A stretch of DNA of 64,000 nt from Eledone cirrhosa (taxonomy: Eukaryota): the NCBI GenBank assembly GCA_964016885.1, contig OZ024740.1, forward strand, positions 229,648,001 through 229,712,000, read 5' to 3'. The notes beneath the pieces are model-generated. The model was not told the DNA's origin, searched no databases, and worked only from the letters and a program-made list of their open reading frames with translations. This document shows positions 26,521 through 44,410 of this stretch, one piece after another. Position 1 is the first letter of the stretch. The number at the start of each line of letters is the position of its first letter. Position numbers and translations under genes: made by a program.

Positions 26521-26736
26521 CACGAAGGGGTGCTGAAAAGGTCCTGGCTTGGTCACTTCTACTGAAGCCTGATTAGAGGCCCAACCTTCCGAGTTCTTTT
26601 TACAGGGCCTTGAAAAACTGAAGGACTGTTGCAGTGTGTGAATCTGAGAGGAGAATATGTTGAATAAAATCATAATTAACTGACCTTCTTGTATTTTCGT
26701 TTGCCCAAAGCCAGGAACATTTCACACCCCCTCATG
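26521..26736 (+). mobile_element. Internally deleted mariner-like element (MITE)
   Basis: TA-flanked imperfect TIRs CACGAAGGGGTGCTGAAAAGGTCCTGGCTT / AAGCCAGGAACATTTCACACCCCCTCATG; internal EFFLQGLEKL...NLRGEYVE* resembles the mariner transposase C-terminus. Confidence 0.7.
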
Positions 26737-26769
<33 letters not shown>

Positions 26770-26806
26770 TCACACGCACACACACACACATATATATATA
26801 TATAAT

Positions 26807-26875
<69 letters not shown>

Positions 26876-26881
26876 CACACG

Positions 26882-27002
<121 letters not shown>

Positions 27003-27416
27003 GTGTATATATATAGTATATATATAGTGCGGAAATTAAGATGTTTAGTACCTCACAGTAACCAGAGATTTCATCCTAGGTGAAATTCCCGGAATGTGAT
27101 ACACAAAAGCTATCTATTTCAAATTAAAAATCACAACCTGAACCGTGGATTGTCTTAAGTGAAGTTCAAGCATTTAGCCCAGGTCTCCATCCGTTTTGAT
27201 GGTCCTGAAAAGGGCCATGGACATATCCCGTCCCCCAGTCCACTCGTTGAGACCGTAAAATAATGTAGCAATATTTGTATTTATGTTTGAGACTTATGTA
27301 ATAATAAGTTCTTTAGTGATTTACTTTTAAACGTAAAAACAAAATATTTTATTTACATATACATAAAATCATTAATCTGATGTATTGTACTTCACATATG
27401 CTATAATCATTTGATG

Positions 27417-27750
27417 TGAAGGCGCATGGCTACGGGGTCAGGATATTCGGGTCTCGATCATATGGTCGTGAGTTCGATTCCTAGTTTCCTAGTGGCGTGT
27501 TGTCTCTTTGAGCAAGACACTTTATTTCATGCTGCTCTTCTCCACTCAGCTGGGAAAAATGTGATGTATCTATTATTCGAATTGCCAAACTTGTCACATT
27601 CTGTGTCATGCTGAATCTCCCTGAGTACTATGTTAAGGATACGTGTCTCTGTAGAATAGTCAGCCAATTGAACGGTAATTTCACGAGCAGGCTGTTCCAT
27701 TAATAGTAACAATTGGAACACTCGCCGTCGTAAGCCAACGGAGTGCCAGT
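27417..27750 (+). mobile_element. tRNA-derived SINE, second family
   Basis: GAAGGCGCATGGCT...GTGAGTTCGATTCC head; TTGAGCAAGACACTT block. Confidence 0.7.
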
Positions 27751-27837
27751 AATCATTTCTTAATGTTTTACTTCATATACCACAAACAATTTATGCAACA
27801 GTCTTTAAATATTTTGATTTATACATGATATAATGTA

Positions 27838-27990
27838 GGCGACGAATTGAGTCGTTAGAAACATCGGATACAGTATTTTGTGATATTCTTTCCGGCTCTC
27901 GGTTCTGAGTTCAAATCCCGCTGAGGTCAACTTTGCCTTTCCACCTTTCGAGGTCGATAAAAACGTACCAGTCTAGAACTGGGGTCGATC
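27838..27990 (+). mobile_element. Degenerate main-family SINE
   Basis: GAGTTCAAATCCCGCTGAGGTCAACTTTGCCTTTCCACC. Confidence 0.7.
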
Positions 27991-28660
27991 TTCCTCTATA
28001 TCTCTTTCTCACATTCATTCTCTCACTCTCTTTCTTTCACAGGAAGAAATCTCTTCGCTCTGTCTCTCTCTTTCCCTGTATTTCTCCCCCACCCTCTCTG
28101 GAAAGACCTGAGAGGGATGAGCTTCGCCAGGCTTAAAGGTTACGGGAACATGCATGTATGATATAATGTAATTTTAGATGCTTTGGAGTAGGCCCCGCTG
28201 GATGGTTAAGTTGGTAAACCGAGACCAGCTTTAGAAACGACAGAATGCAGCGCACGCACAGTTGGAGCAGACATCTATCTTGTCTTTTTTTAAACTTGAC
28301 TCGTAACAGTGACAGTGGTGCTAAGATGCATCTTCTTCTCCTGTAACTCCTGAGGAAGTCCTATGGACGTTTCTAGGAATTCTTTCTTTAAACCTGGTGG
28401 AGTCCAACTTCTCTCCAGGTTTTAATACAGCAGATTTTTTCTAGAGAAGGATAGAAAGAATGAAAGTGAGAAAGGGATAACAGAAGAATTGATCACAGTA
28501 CTAGTCTGATATACTTTTTTTATTTGACCTTTAATGGATGAAAGGCATCGTTGATCTGGATGGGATTTGAACTCAGAGAGAAGAGAGGCAGAATAAATTC
28601 CATAAAGCACAGTTTCTCAACCCACTTAGGAAAAACGCCCCCTTTTGTCCCTCGAAATCA

Positions 28661-30385
28661 CCTGCTTATGTATTGCATGTGGTCCCAGCTGTATGTATTA
28701 CCTGCTTGTGTGTTATATGTGGTCCTAGATGTATGTATTACCTGATTATGTGTTGTATGTGGTCCTAGATGTATGTATAACCTGATTATGTGTTGTATGT
28801 GGTCCTAGATGTATGTATTACCTGATTATGTGTTGTATGTGGTCCTAGATGTATGTATAACCTGATTATGTGTTGTATGTGGCCCTAGATGTATGTATAA
28901 CCTGATTATGTGTTGTATGTGGTCCTAGATGTATGTATTACCTGATTATGTGTTGTATGTGGTCCTAGATGTATGTATTACCTGATTATGTGTTGTATGT
29001 GGTCCTAGATGTATGTATTACCTGATTATGTGTTGTATGTGGTCCTAGATGTATGTATTACCTGATTATGTGTTGTATGTGGTCCTAGAAGTTTGTACTA
29101 CCTGATTATGTGTTGTATGTGGTCCTAGATGTATGTATTACCTGGTTATGTGTTGTATGTGGTCCTAGATGTTTGTACTACCTGATTATGTGTTGTATGT
29201 GGTCCTAGATGTATGTATCACCTGATTATGTGTTGTATGTGGTCCTAGATGTATGTATTACCTGATTATGTGTTGTATGTGGTCCTAGATGTATGTATTA
29301 CCTGATTATGTGTTGTATGTGGTCCTAGATGTTTGTATTACCTGATTATGTGTTGTATGTGGTCCTAGATGTATGTATTACCTGATTATGTGTTGTATGT
29401 GGTCCTAGATGTATGTATTACCTGTTTATGGGTTGTATGTGGTCCTAGATGTATGTATTACCTGATTATGTGTTGTATGTGGTCCTAGATGTATGTATCA
29501 CCTGATTATGTGTTGTATGTGGTCCTAGATGTATGTATTACCTGATTATGTGTTGTATGTGATCCTAGATGTATGTATCACCTGATTATGTGTTGTATGT
29601 GGTCCTAGATGTATGTATTACCTGATTATGTGTTGTATGTGGTCCTAGATGTATGTATTACCTGATTATGTGTTGTATGTGGTCCTAGATGTATGTATTC
29701 TCTGATTATGTGTTGTATGTGGTCCTAGATGTATGTATTACCTGATTATGTGTTGTATGTGGTCCTAGATGTATGTATTACCTGATTATGTGTTGTATGT
29801 GGTCCTAGATGTATGTATCACCTGATTATGTGTTGTATGTGGTCCTAGATGTATGTATTACCTGATTATGTGTTGTATGTGGTCCTAGATGTATGTATTA
29901 CCTGATTATGTGTTGTATGTGGTCCTAGATGTATGTATTCTCTGATTATGTGTTGTATGTGGTCCTAGATGTATGTATTACCTGATTATGGGTTGTATGT
30001 GGTCCTAGATGTATGTATTACCTGATTATGTGTTGTATGTGGTCCTAGATGTATGTATTACCTGATTATGTGTTGTATGTGGTCTTAGATGTATGTATTC
30101 TCTGATTATGTGTTGTATGTGGTCCTAGATGTATGTATTACCTGATTATGGGTTGTATGTGGTCCTAGATGTATGTATTACCTGTTATGTGTTGTATGTG
30201 GTCCTAGATGTATGTATCACCTGATTATGTGTTGTATGTGGTCCTAAATGTTTGTATTACCTGATTATGTGTTGCATGCGGTCCTAGATGTGTGTATTAC
30301 CTGATTATGTGTTGCATGCGGTCCTAGATGTATGTATTACCTGATTATGTGTTGTATGTGGTCCTAGATGTGTGTGCTACCCACT
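28661..30385. repeat. 40-bp minisatellite, about 43 copies
   Basis: CCTGATTATGTGTTGTATGTGGTCCTAGATGTATGTATTA. Confidence 0.97.
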
Positions 30386-31053
30386 TCTGTGTTTTTTCTT
30401 TTCTTTTTTATTTGTAATATTATTTATACAATAAGGAATTAAATAGATCTACATAGTGTTAACTCGTTACGGTTGAGTCAATAATTTCACACATGAAATA
30501 CATTGTTATCGGTGAAGGAAAGATAAGATTCTAACTGGCTGCGCTCAAAGTGTCCTTGACCCAGGTGACTGTTGGTTTTTCCATTTTTAGGATCTCAATT
30601 GCCAGTTAATGTCTAGACACGCCTGCACACCTGCTTACAGCTGCGGTCAGACTATAGTTATGCTGTCTGCATGGTCATTCAAATGCATTCACACTGGCTG
30701 TCTCAAAGACATACAAATATGGCTTATAAAACTTATCAAAGTAAAGAGCCTTCCAGCGCCCCTCATAGCTCGAAACGTATTCCACAAAATACTCTTGCCG
30801 ACGTTCTAACGACTCTGCCAATTCGCCGCCTGCTCACCGGTATAACCATTATTAAATATATTTCCGTGAACATAAAGCATCACGATCAGCCGATGTTTTC
30901 GTTGACATTTCAACTGACCGGGATACAACACATAATTACAAATCTCCTAGCAACCAACTAATGGAATGCCCGACTGATGGAATGTCTAGTTGGCCTATTT
31001 GTGTGTATACGTATGTGACTGATTGTGTGTGGCTATATGTGTGTGTGAATGTA

Positions 31054-31119
<66 letters not shown>

Positions 31120-31323
31120 CATGTATGTGTGTGTGTGTGTATGTGCGTGCATGTGTGATTGTGTGTATATGTTTGCTTGTATGTATGTGTGTATAAACAT
31201 GTGAGTGTGTGCATGTCTGATTGTGCATGTGTGATGGTTCTTCGTCGGTTACAATGATAAGTATCCCAGTTGTTTGACCAATGGAACAACCTGCTCGTGA
31301 AATTTATGTGCTAATGATTGAGA

Positions 31324-31458
<135 letters not shown>

Positions 31459-31469
31459 TGATTTTATTA

Positions 31470-31690
31470 AGGTGATAGATTGACAGAAACGGTAGATCGT
31501 CAGACAACATGCTTAAAGGCATAGAGTTACGGCCCTTTATGTTCTGAGTTCAATCCCGTCGAGGTTAGTTATGACTTTCATCCTTACGGGATCGATAAAA
31601 TAAAGTACCAGTCACGCACTGGGGTTGATTTAATCGACTTTCCACTCCCCCCAAAAATTGTTGGCCTTGTGCCTATATAAGAAACCATTA
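31470..31690 (+). mobile_element. Main-family SINE
   Basis: GAGTTCAATCCCG...TTTCATCCTTACGGGATCGATAAAATAAAGTACCAG. Confidence 0.8.
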
Positions 31691-31704
31691 GTTTCAGTGT
31701 GTTA

Positions 31705-31893
<189 letters not shown>

Positions 31894-31903
31894 CGTATAT
31901 ATG

Positions 31904-32008
<105 letters not shown>

Positions 32009-32012
32009 CGTA

Positions 32013-32056
<44 letters not shown>

Positions 32057-32060
32057 CGTA

Positions 32061-32118
<58 letters not shown>

Positions 32119-32128
32119 CGTATATATG

Positions 32129-32160
<32 letters not shown>

Positions 32161-32161
32161 C

Positions 32162-32231
<70 letters not shown>

Positions 32232-32232
32232 G

Positions 32233-32316
<84 letters not shown>

Positions 32317-34577
32317 CGATATATTAACAAATGGAAACTATATTTATAAAACCATATTTATTTCATTATACATATTTTACAGATCCAAACAAAAAATCTT
32401 CAACTTCTCTATCTAGCTTATTATGGGACCTCAAATTAAAGAACGTTAAATATTCGTTGCTTTGGAATATTATTTCAAAAGCTACTCTTTTTAACTCCTC
32501 TTCAGAAAATTGTGATCTTTGTATAGAGGAAATATTCTTTATATTAAAGACCAAAAATTCCCCGAACCTAAGGAACAATTTATTCAGTTGCTGCAGAGAT
32601 AGATTGAACTCAACGTTTAAATATAAATTTAAAATGTAATATATAATTAATTAATTCTATTAATATATTGAACCTATTGATAAATCATTAGATTCCTTCA
32701 TTTTGACTGCTTAAACTCTCAAGTTAAAAAAAAAATTTTTCATAAATATAAATAAAAATAAAAAAATTCTCCTAGAGAAACATACTGAAAGCTCTTAAAA
32801 GGGGAAAATATTTTATTTGAAAGTTTCTCCTATTTTTGAAAGTTTCTCTTTTGAAAGTTTCTCTTTCTTTTTCTTATGGCTATAAAATTAAGTTAAACAT
32901 GCGAAGAAAATGTTTGTACTGAATCTATTAAACATATTATTATTTTAAAATTATAACTTGAAACATTCTATAGTATTTTTAAAATTATATTGATTTAAAG
33001 TTATATTGCTTATAATTATATTTCCAAATCGTAATATAATTCTTCTTTACTTTTATTTTATTTTATTTTATTTTATTTTATTTTATTTTATTTTATTTTA
33101 TTTTATTTTATTTTATTTTATTTTATTTTATTTTATTATTTTATTTTATTTTATTTTATATTATATATATTATGTACTTCAATTATACTATGTACTGTAT
33201 TTATATATCCCTCTCTATATATATGTGTGTATATATATATGTATGTATATATATATGTGTGTGTATGTATGTATATATATATGTGTGATGCATTATCTAC
33301 CTGTATGTGTAAGTACGTCTATGTGTATCTATGTGGGGATTGTATGTATATATATATGCAATCAATTCGATTGCACTCGTTTATAAGGATTTTATTAAGG
33401 TTCGTGATAAACAAACTTATATAATAACAGTCACAACTACATAATAGGTGGATTTATTAGATATAAAACTTATATTAAAAAAAAATTGTATCATAACATA
33501 TGGTGTGTATAACCTAAAATTTACTTTACTATCTTAACATTTGTAACATTTAATATAAGTAAATAACTTAATTTCCTTCACGCTGTTTTGATATTATATA
33601 GAAATGATTTTCTCTGTTTTTTCTAAGATTTTCTCCGAAAAATCTATAAGTTTATGAAAATTCCTATATCTTAAATTAAAAAATCCTTTATAGTTTGTAT
33701 GTATATGTATATATATGTAGGTGTATGTATATATATTTATATGTATATATATCTGTGTGTGCGTATGTATATATATGAATATATTCTTTTAATAATATAT
33801 AGTCTTAATAATATATAGATTTCTTAATAATATATAGATCTCAATTTTTAATGTATAGATCTCAATAATTTAAATGATAAACTAAACATTTAATCATATT
33901 TAAACAATGGTTAAAATTCTCCTATTATGTATGTATTTTCCATTCACGTTTATTTACACTTCTCTATTCATCCATTAAATATTTATTCTTTCACTTCATC
34001 TCAAAAGTTAAGCTAATACAACAACCTATCACTTAGAGCTTTCGCTTTCTCTTTTTTTTTCTTCTCTTTCTTCTTTTCTTATTTTCCTCTTAGAGTTTGC
34101 TCTTTTTTCTCTTTTTTCTCCTTTATTTCTCTTTTTTCTATCTCTCTTTTTTCTCTCTCTCTTTTTTCTCTCTCTCTTTTTTCTCTCTCTCTTTTTTCTC
34201 TCTCTCTCTTTCTCCATAACCCAACGGCTTATTTAAATCTACTCTGATTTAAAATATCCGAAACTAATTTACATAATAGTATAAACAAATTTATAACTCC
34301 ACTATCCGGGAGCTTCCAACAGAAATGGTTGCATTCTTTAAGGGTATGTCAATATTTATTTATAAAGCTGGTTTATATTATATTTTATCTGATGAAAGCA
34401 AACCATAATTTAACTTGGTGTCCTTGAAATATGTATAATGAAATAAATATGGTTTTATAAATATAGTTTCCATTTGTTAATATATCGTATTTTTACTCCA
34501 ATAATTTGTTGAGTGCTTTATATCAGTTATAAAAATATTTGCTTGTTGTATCCCAACAATTTAAATAGAACTTCTAC
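32317..34577 (+). mobile_element. 5'-truncated family A PLE: inverted tail cap + GIY-YIG C-terminus + long 3' UTR + hammerhead (34381-34445)
   Basis: 32317-32377 is the reverse complement of the element's own tail; 32378-32639 encodes STSLS..W.LK...W.II...CDLC.EE...SCCR, homologous to 22000-22253. Confidence 0.8.
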
Positions 34578-34609
34578 ACACACACACACACGCACATACA
34601 CACACACAT

Positions 34610-34667
<58 letters not shown>

Positions 34668-34805
34668 TGTTATACTTTGGGAGGGTCATGTTGCCAATAA
34701 GAAACACACGCACCAGTTGCTTTCACTTCAATTTATTATATATAACAATATCGGTTTCAACACACGATTTCAGATAAAGAATCTTGCTAAACAAATTCAG
34801 AAACG

Positions 34806-34841
<36 letters not shown>

Positions 34842-35006
34842 TCATAAAAACAATGAAATAAAAACAAAGAACAGGTTCCTTATATTGAAAAATTCATGGA
34901 TATATATGTGTGTTGGTATGTATATCATGTTAAAGATCTATGTAGAAAAATATTACAAATTATCCGAGGAGATATACATACCTTCACCTATACATACTAT
35001 CTTCAG

Positions 35007-36663
<1,657 letters not shown>

Positions 36664-36665
36664 TA

Positions 36666-37981
36666 TATATATATAAAACAGAGGATGTCTGTCTGTGTGT
36701 TTGTTTCCCTAAAACTCAAGAAGTACCCAACCGTTCTTTTTCAAACTTTACACATGTGACCCGTATGGCCTCGGAAGTGTTTTGAGCAAAAAAAAAATTT
36801 CAAATTATTTTAACCTAGGGATCGAATTAGTGAAGTGGCCAATGTCTGTACATAATGAGGGAGTGAGAGGGAGAGAAAGAAACGGAGAGGCGAAGTGAAG
36901 AAGTGGCTCTCTACTCCTCCTCCTTCTCCCCATTCGTCACACCGTTTTTCGATAGAGGGGAGAAATGTGAACGAATTACAGAGAGAAAGAGTGAGAGTGA
37001 AAGAAACAGACAGACTAAAAGAGGGGGATAGCGGGAGAGAGAGAGAGAGAGAGAGAGTGACAGACGCCGTCTTTTGAGAGTTGTATGCGTCAAAGATACA
37101 TGACAGTGGAATAACTATTGCGTGTGTGTGTGCGTGCGCGCGTGTGTGTGTGAGTTTGTGTGCGGTTGCATGCGTGAGTGTGTATGTATGCGTGAGTGAT
37201 TATAAACTCTCTCACATGGTCTGATGGGATTAACCCTTTAGCATTTACATTACTCTATATATACTATATTATTTTCAGGGTAAAAGCTTTATCTCACATA
37301 ATATAAAAATCTCATAAATTTAATATTATTTATTTTGAGAACAATACCTTAACCCTTTAGTATTAATGTGAGTGAGTTATAAAGAGAAAGAGTGAGAGTG
37401 AAAGAAACAGACAGACTAAAAGAGGGGGATAGCGGGAGAGAGAGAGACGCTGGAAGAGGGGAAGGAAAGCTATATGTCTTGCTGTCTGCATTACGATACA
37501 TATATATACACACACACACACTGATCGCGTCATAATGACGTAATGCAGACAGCCAGACATACAGACAGATATTATAAGGGCGCAACGTTATATCTATGTA
37601 TCTATCTAAAAAGAAAGACTAAGAATTATAGACAGAGATCGCTAAATCGCCTAATGCGGTCCCTAGGGCGTTGAAAATTTGAAATATTTTTTGCTCAAAA
37701 CACTCACAGGACCATAAGTATTACATGTGTAAAGTTTGAAAACAATCAGTTGGGTGGTTCTCAAGTTTTAGTGAGCTGACAGACAGACAGACAGACATTC
37801 TCTGTTTTAGATATATAGATATATATATAATTATATATTCGTGTACAGATATTTTTGCATACACAATAACAAAATATAAATAAACGTATTTATTTCACGA
37901 GGCTCAATAAGGATAAAATATATATTAAATATATAAGAACCCTAGAGTAAATCAGGAGTAACGCCGGGCCATTCTGCTAGT
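36666..37981 (+). mobile_element. Non-autonomous Helitron-like element with an inverted related 5' segment (about 37660-37820)
   Basis: TATATAAAACAGAGGATGTCTGTCTGT start; 3' AACGCCGGGCCATTCTGCTAG-T end; 36672-36830 inversely similar to 37660-37810. Confidence 0.5.
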
Positions 37982-38000
37982 ATATATATATATATATATA

Positions 38001-38215
38001 GTGGTAGAACACTGGAAGGTAATATCCGTAGTGGTAGAGCACTCAGCCCATGGGACGAGTTAGGTAGAAGTGGTTACACAACAGTTAGTTCACCATACTG
38101 AGAACAATTGTTTCACCTTAGCGGATGCTCAGCGGATCCTCAGCTCGAGCTGAGGATCCGCTAAGGTGAAACAATTGTTCTCGGTATGGTGAACTAACTG
38201 TTGTGTAACCACTTC
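38001..38215. repeat. Fold-back centred on CTCGAG with hammerhead motif at 38146-38183 (plus) and an inverse copy
   Basis: CGAG-CTGAGGA-TCCGCTAAGGT-GAAA-C-AATT-G-TT-CTCG. Confidence 0.7.
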
Positions 38216-38346
38216 TTTCCTCTTTTCCTCTCTCTTTCTCTCTTTTTTCTTATTTTCTTCTTAAAGGTTCGCTCTTTTTTTCTATTTTTCTATTTTTTAT
38301 GTCTCTCTCTCTTTCTCTCTTTTTCTCTCTCTTGTTCCTCTCCCTC

Positions 38347-38425
<79 letters not shown>

Positions 38426-38787
38426 CTCCGTAACCCAACGGCTTATTTAAATCTAGTCTCATTTAAAAATATCTAATACTAATTTACATAATAGTATAAA
38501 TAAATTTATAACCCCACTATCCGGGAGCTTCCAACAGTAATGGTCGCATTCTTTAAGGGTATGTCAATATTTATTTATAAAACTGCTCTATATTATATTT
38601 TATCTGATGAAAGCACACCATAATTTAACTTGGTGTCCTTGAAATATGTATAATGAAATAAATATGGTTTTATAAATATAGTTTCCATTTGTTAATATCG
38701 TATTTTTACTCCAATTATTTGTTGAGTGCTTTATATCAGTTATAAAAATATTTGCTTGTTGTATCCCAACAAATTAAATAGAACTTC

Positions 38788-38790
<3 letters not shown>
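38216..38790 (+). mobile_element. Family A PLE tail with hammerhead 38596-38660
   Basis: Colinear with 34090-34577; ends in (TA)n. Confidence 0.8.
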
Positions 38791-38860
<70 letters not shown>

Positions 38861-39611
38861 AAATGAAGGAAATTCCTTGGTACAACAACCATACCAATTC
38901 CAACGCTTTATTTGTTTATCATACATAAACATTCTGTGTGCTTGAAAATAGAATTAGTAGCTTTCGACTTATTTTAACTACAGAAAATAGTTGGATAACA
39001 GGACGTAAAAGCCCCATTGCGGAAAAGCATCAGCATATTCTGTATATGCTTTCATATACACCGTTATTATGAACCACACTATGTAAGCGGTACTTCTAAT
39101 TAATTCTAGCCTTTCAAATTTCCATTATATGCAAATGAGCATCGCCAGCCGATGTTACATACACAAAACCATATCGACTCTAGTTCATTCTTGTCTCAGT
39201 CTCCAGTGAGTAAATGTCAGCGATGAAGGATAAAAATCCAAGAAAAGCTGTCTGATATTCTCATCGGGTACTGTGATACTGCGCCATGATCACGGTTTAA
39301 AACATTCATAGCGAGACTATCATATGTTTATTATGCATAAACGTATCGTACATGCATTTATATATACCTCTATTATGAACAACGCTATGTTAGTGCTATT
39401 ATTAATTCATTGCAATAGCGGTAGAATAGGAAGAGGAAGGAGATGGCATTTCATTGGGTAAGAACCTGTGAGTGTTTTTATGTGATCTGTGATGTGTGTA
39501 TGTGCAGCAACGGTTTTTTCTCTAATGTGGAGTAGTTCACCATAACTTTATTGTGGGTCAGTGATTGCTGGGGGTTGAACTATTTTCTAGTCCTGTTATT
39601 GTTTTTGTTGT

Positions 39612-39930
39612 GAAGGCGCGTGGCTTAGTGGTTAGAGCGTCGGATTCACAATCGTAAATCGTTCGATTCCCAGAACGGGCGATGTGTTGTGTCCTTGTGC
39701 CAGAAACTTTATTTCCATGTTGTTCCAGTTCATTCAGCTGTAGAAATGAATAGCGACGTCACTGGTACCAAGCTGTATCGGCCATTGCCTTTTCCTTGGA
39801 TAACATCGGTGGCGTGGAGAATGGAGACTGGTATGTATGGGCTACTGCAGGTCTTTCACAAACAGCCTTACCCAAACTTGTGAGACTCGGAGGGGAAACT
39901 TTCTAGGTGCAAATCCCATGGTCTTTAGTA
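39612..39930 (+). mobile_element. tRNA-derived SINE
   Basis: GAAGGCGCGTGGCTTAGTGGTTAGAGCG...GTTCGATTCCC, then TGTGTCCTTG. Confidence 0.75.
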
Positions 39931-40555
39931 GGTGTTTACCCTATTGTTGTTGTTGCTGTTTATCCAGGTTTAACCAGTAGATCTATGATGAAAGGTGTTT
40001 CAACCTTCATCATCCCACGTTTGTGTTTGTCAAGTATTATTCGTTTCGGACTAGACTATCAAGTATCCTTCACCATAATCATTTTTATTTCTTTCAGAAA
40101 GAGAGACTAGTGTGTGTGTTATGAGGAAAATGTACCTGTTATTTCTAGCAAGTTGAGCGACGATGAGAAAGTATTTTCCTTGGCTTTGCCCAGTTGACGA
40201 AGCCAATAAGAATCTGAAATCAACAACTTAGTCACACGGCCTGTTAGAAAGAGCACCCAAATTTCGCTCAAATTACGTCCTACCGTATTTGTAGTCCTAG
40301 ATACACCCAAAACCGCATAATGTAGTCCTAGATACACCCAAAACCGCATAATATAGTCCTAGATACACTCAAAACACTGCAATGCCTTTAATGATACATC
40401 TGTTTGATCATGGGTGATTTGGGTTTTTGTGGTAAATTTAATCCGTCATCTGGTTTTACACAATCACATGGTACTTGGGTGTCTTTAGCGGAATCCCTTC
40501 TGTTGCAAGGATTCGAGTTAGGTCCCCAATTTAAGGATAACATCTTTTCTTTCAG

Positions 40556-40621
<66 letters not shown>

Positions 40622-41770
40622 ATGTGTTTGCTTTTTACTGTTTAGCAAAGGAAGGGAAGTCAGCGTCCATGACTTTTTTTTTCAGAGAGTGGTGAGAAAG
40701 GACGATACCTTCAAACTGAAGCTCTGGTTCGAATGCTTACAACATTGAAAACTTCTCTAAAGGCACCCAAAGACAGTGTGGTGGTGTTAAACCAGACGAC
40801 ACATTAAGTCTACTACCCCAAAACTCCGAACGCAAAGAGCCGGACCTAATGCCGCAGAAAGCATCTTATCCGACGCTCGAGCAATTCCACTAATCCATAG
40901 TCATGGACGAGTACATTATTTTATCCACTCCGAAAGGATGAAAAGAAAAATGAACCTCGACAAGATTTGACCTCTGGGCGTAAATAGCCAGAGCAAATAG
41001 CGCAATGCCCTTTTGTTTTAGGCCCCAATGAGCCTCTGAACTCGCTGTCTATGATAAAAATGAATTGGCTTACAGGAGGCAATTAACAGGCGTTATTGAC
41101 AGGAATACCAGAAGCAATGCAAGGCTCAGTCTTCGATCATACTCAAACACCATAAATCAATCACGCCCAGAGAAAAGCCAATCAACTAATTAGTATAAAG
41201 TTAATCACTGATACACTTTAGTCTTTCGCCAACAGACACCTGTCTTCCATCTTTGTCTTTACTACAAAGGTCTCTGCTCCTTAGAACTAGCTGATCACAT
41301 GCCAGCCCACCACCATCACCACCACACTCAGACACTGACGACTTTTAAATGCACAGACAATCTCCGATACCCGAATGGCTAAATATCAGAAGGGTACCCA
41401 GGAGTCATGACCTAGATGCGGCCCGGCCCCCTTACGGCCGAAATACTTGATTCGTGTGGTTTCTTCTCTGAAGACCTTCTGTTGTTCAGCTCTCCCGAGA
41501 GTTTCTTAGCACTGTCTCCTGCTCTCACCATCCAATTCCCGCAGTAACCACCATGTTCTTCCTCCTCATAACGACGTCCTTCTGGGACTTCTCTGCGCAT
41601 GTCTTTCCTACCGGAGTGGACTAGTTTAATTGGAACATCAATGGCATCCATTGGTCCGGTCTCCGAAGGAAATGTGAAAGCAATGGATATATCCCCATCC
41701 TTCAGACAAGTTTTTAAAAAGTAGACTTATTTGTTTTCAATGTTTTTCTTGCCTTATTTTTAAATTTTTA

Positions 41771-41809
<39 letters not shown>

Positions 41810-42729
41810 TTTTTAATTTCCTCGGTAACTTTTCTGTCCTTGTTTTTTTTTTGTTTTTTTTTTTCTCCTTTTTATCTGTCTTCTCTTTGCCCTGCTTTCA
41901 TTTGTTTTAGCTTCTGTCGTCTAAGGGGACATTCTTTCTTTTTATGATTTGGATATGTTCTCCTTTTTTTTTTTTTTTACATTTTTTTATACCAGACCCT
42001 CCTCCCGGATTCCAACCCTAGTCTCTCTGTCTGCCAGTCTTTCTGTCTGTCTTTCTGTCTGTCTGTTTCACTGTCTCTCTCTCTTTCTCTCTCTCTATCT
42101 ATCACTCTATCTTTATTTCTGTCTCTACCTTCCTCTTTCTCTCTCTCTCTCTCTCTATCTATCTCCCTATCCCTCCTTCTATCTCTGTCTTTCTGTCTGT
42201 TTGTCTGACTCTCTCTCCTTCTGTCTATTTATATCTCTCTCCCTCTCTCACTCACTCTCTATCTATCTATCTATATAACCCCCTTTCTCTCCTTTGGTCT
42301 CTTTCTCTTTAGTCATTATCAGCCAAGTCCCCTTCTTTCCTTCCTTGCCTCCATCTACCCCTCATTCTCTCGGTCCTCTCTCTGTCGTTCTCACTCCCAC
42401 CCCTACCACTATGTATTTCATTCCTCTCCTTATCACCAACCTGTTTACTGACCTCGGTGGTAGTAAGGGAAGCAACAACAACAACAACAAAAATTATAAT
42501 AAAAATACAACAACAAAAATAGTAAAATAAATATAAAAAAACACGCACACACAGAAAATTTTTTCATGCAAAAAATAGTAAAAAAAATGACTGAAAAAAT
42601 ATAAGAGAAATTAAGAAAAAAAAACAAAACAAACAAGAAATGACAAAAGTAACAAATAATAAAACAAACGAACAGACAGCAACTTGTTTATGGTAGAAGG
42701 TATAAAGTAGGTCAGAGTCGTCAGTAGGT

Positions 42730-44410
<1,681 letters not shown>

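Noticed and set aside
28661-30385. CRISPR-like periodicity
   Set aside because: Contiguous 40-bp units with no unique spacers; eukaryotic context
39612-39680. tRNA gene
   Set aside because: A and B boxes present but no acceptor stem; continues into a SINE body
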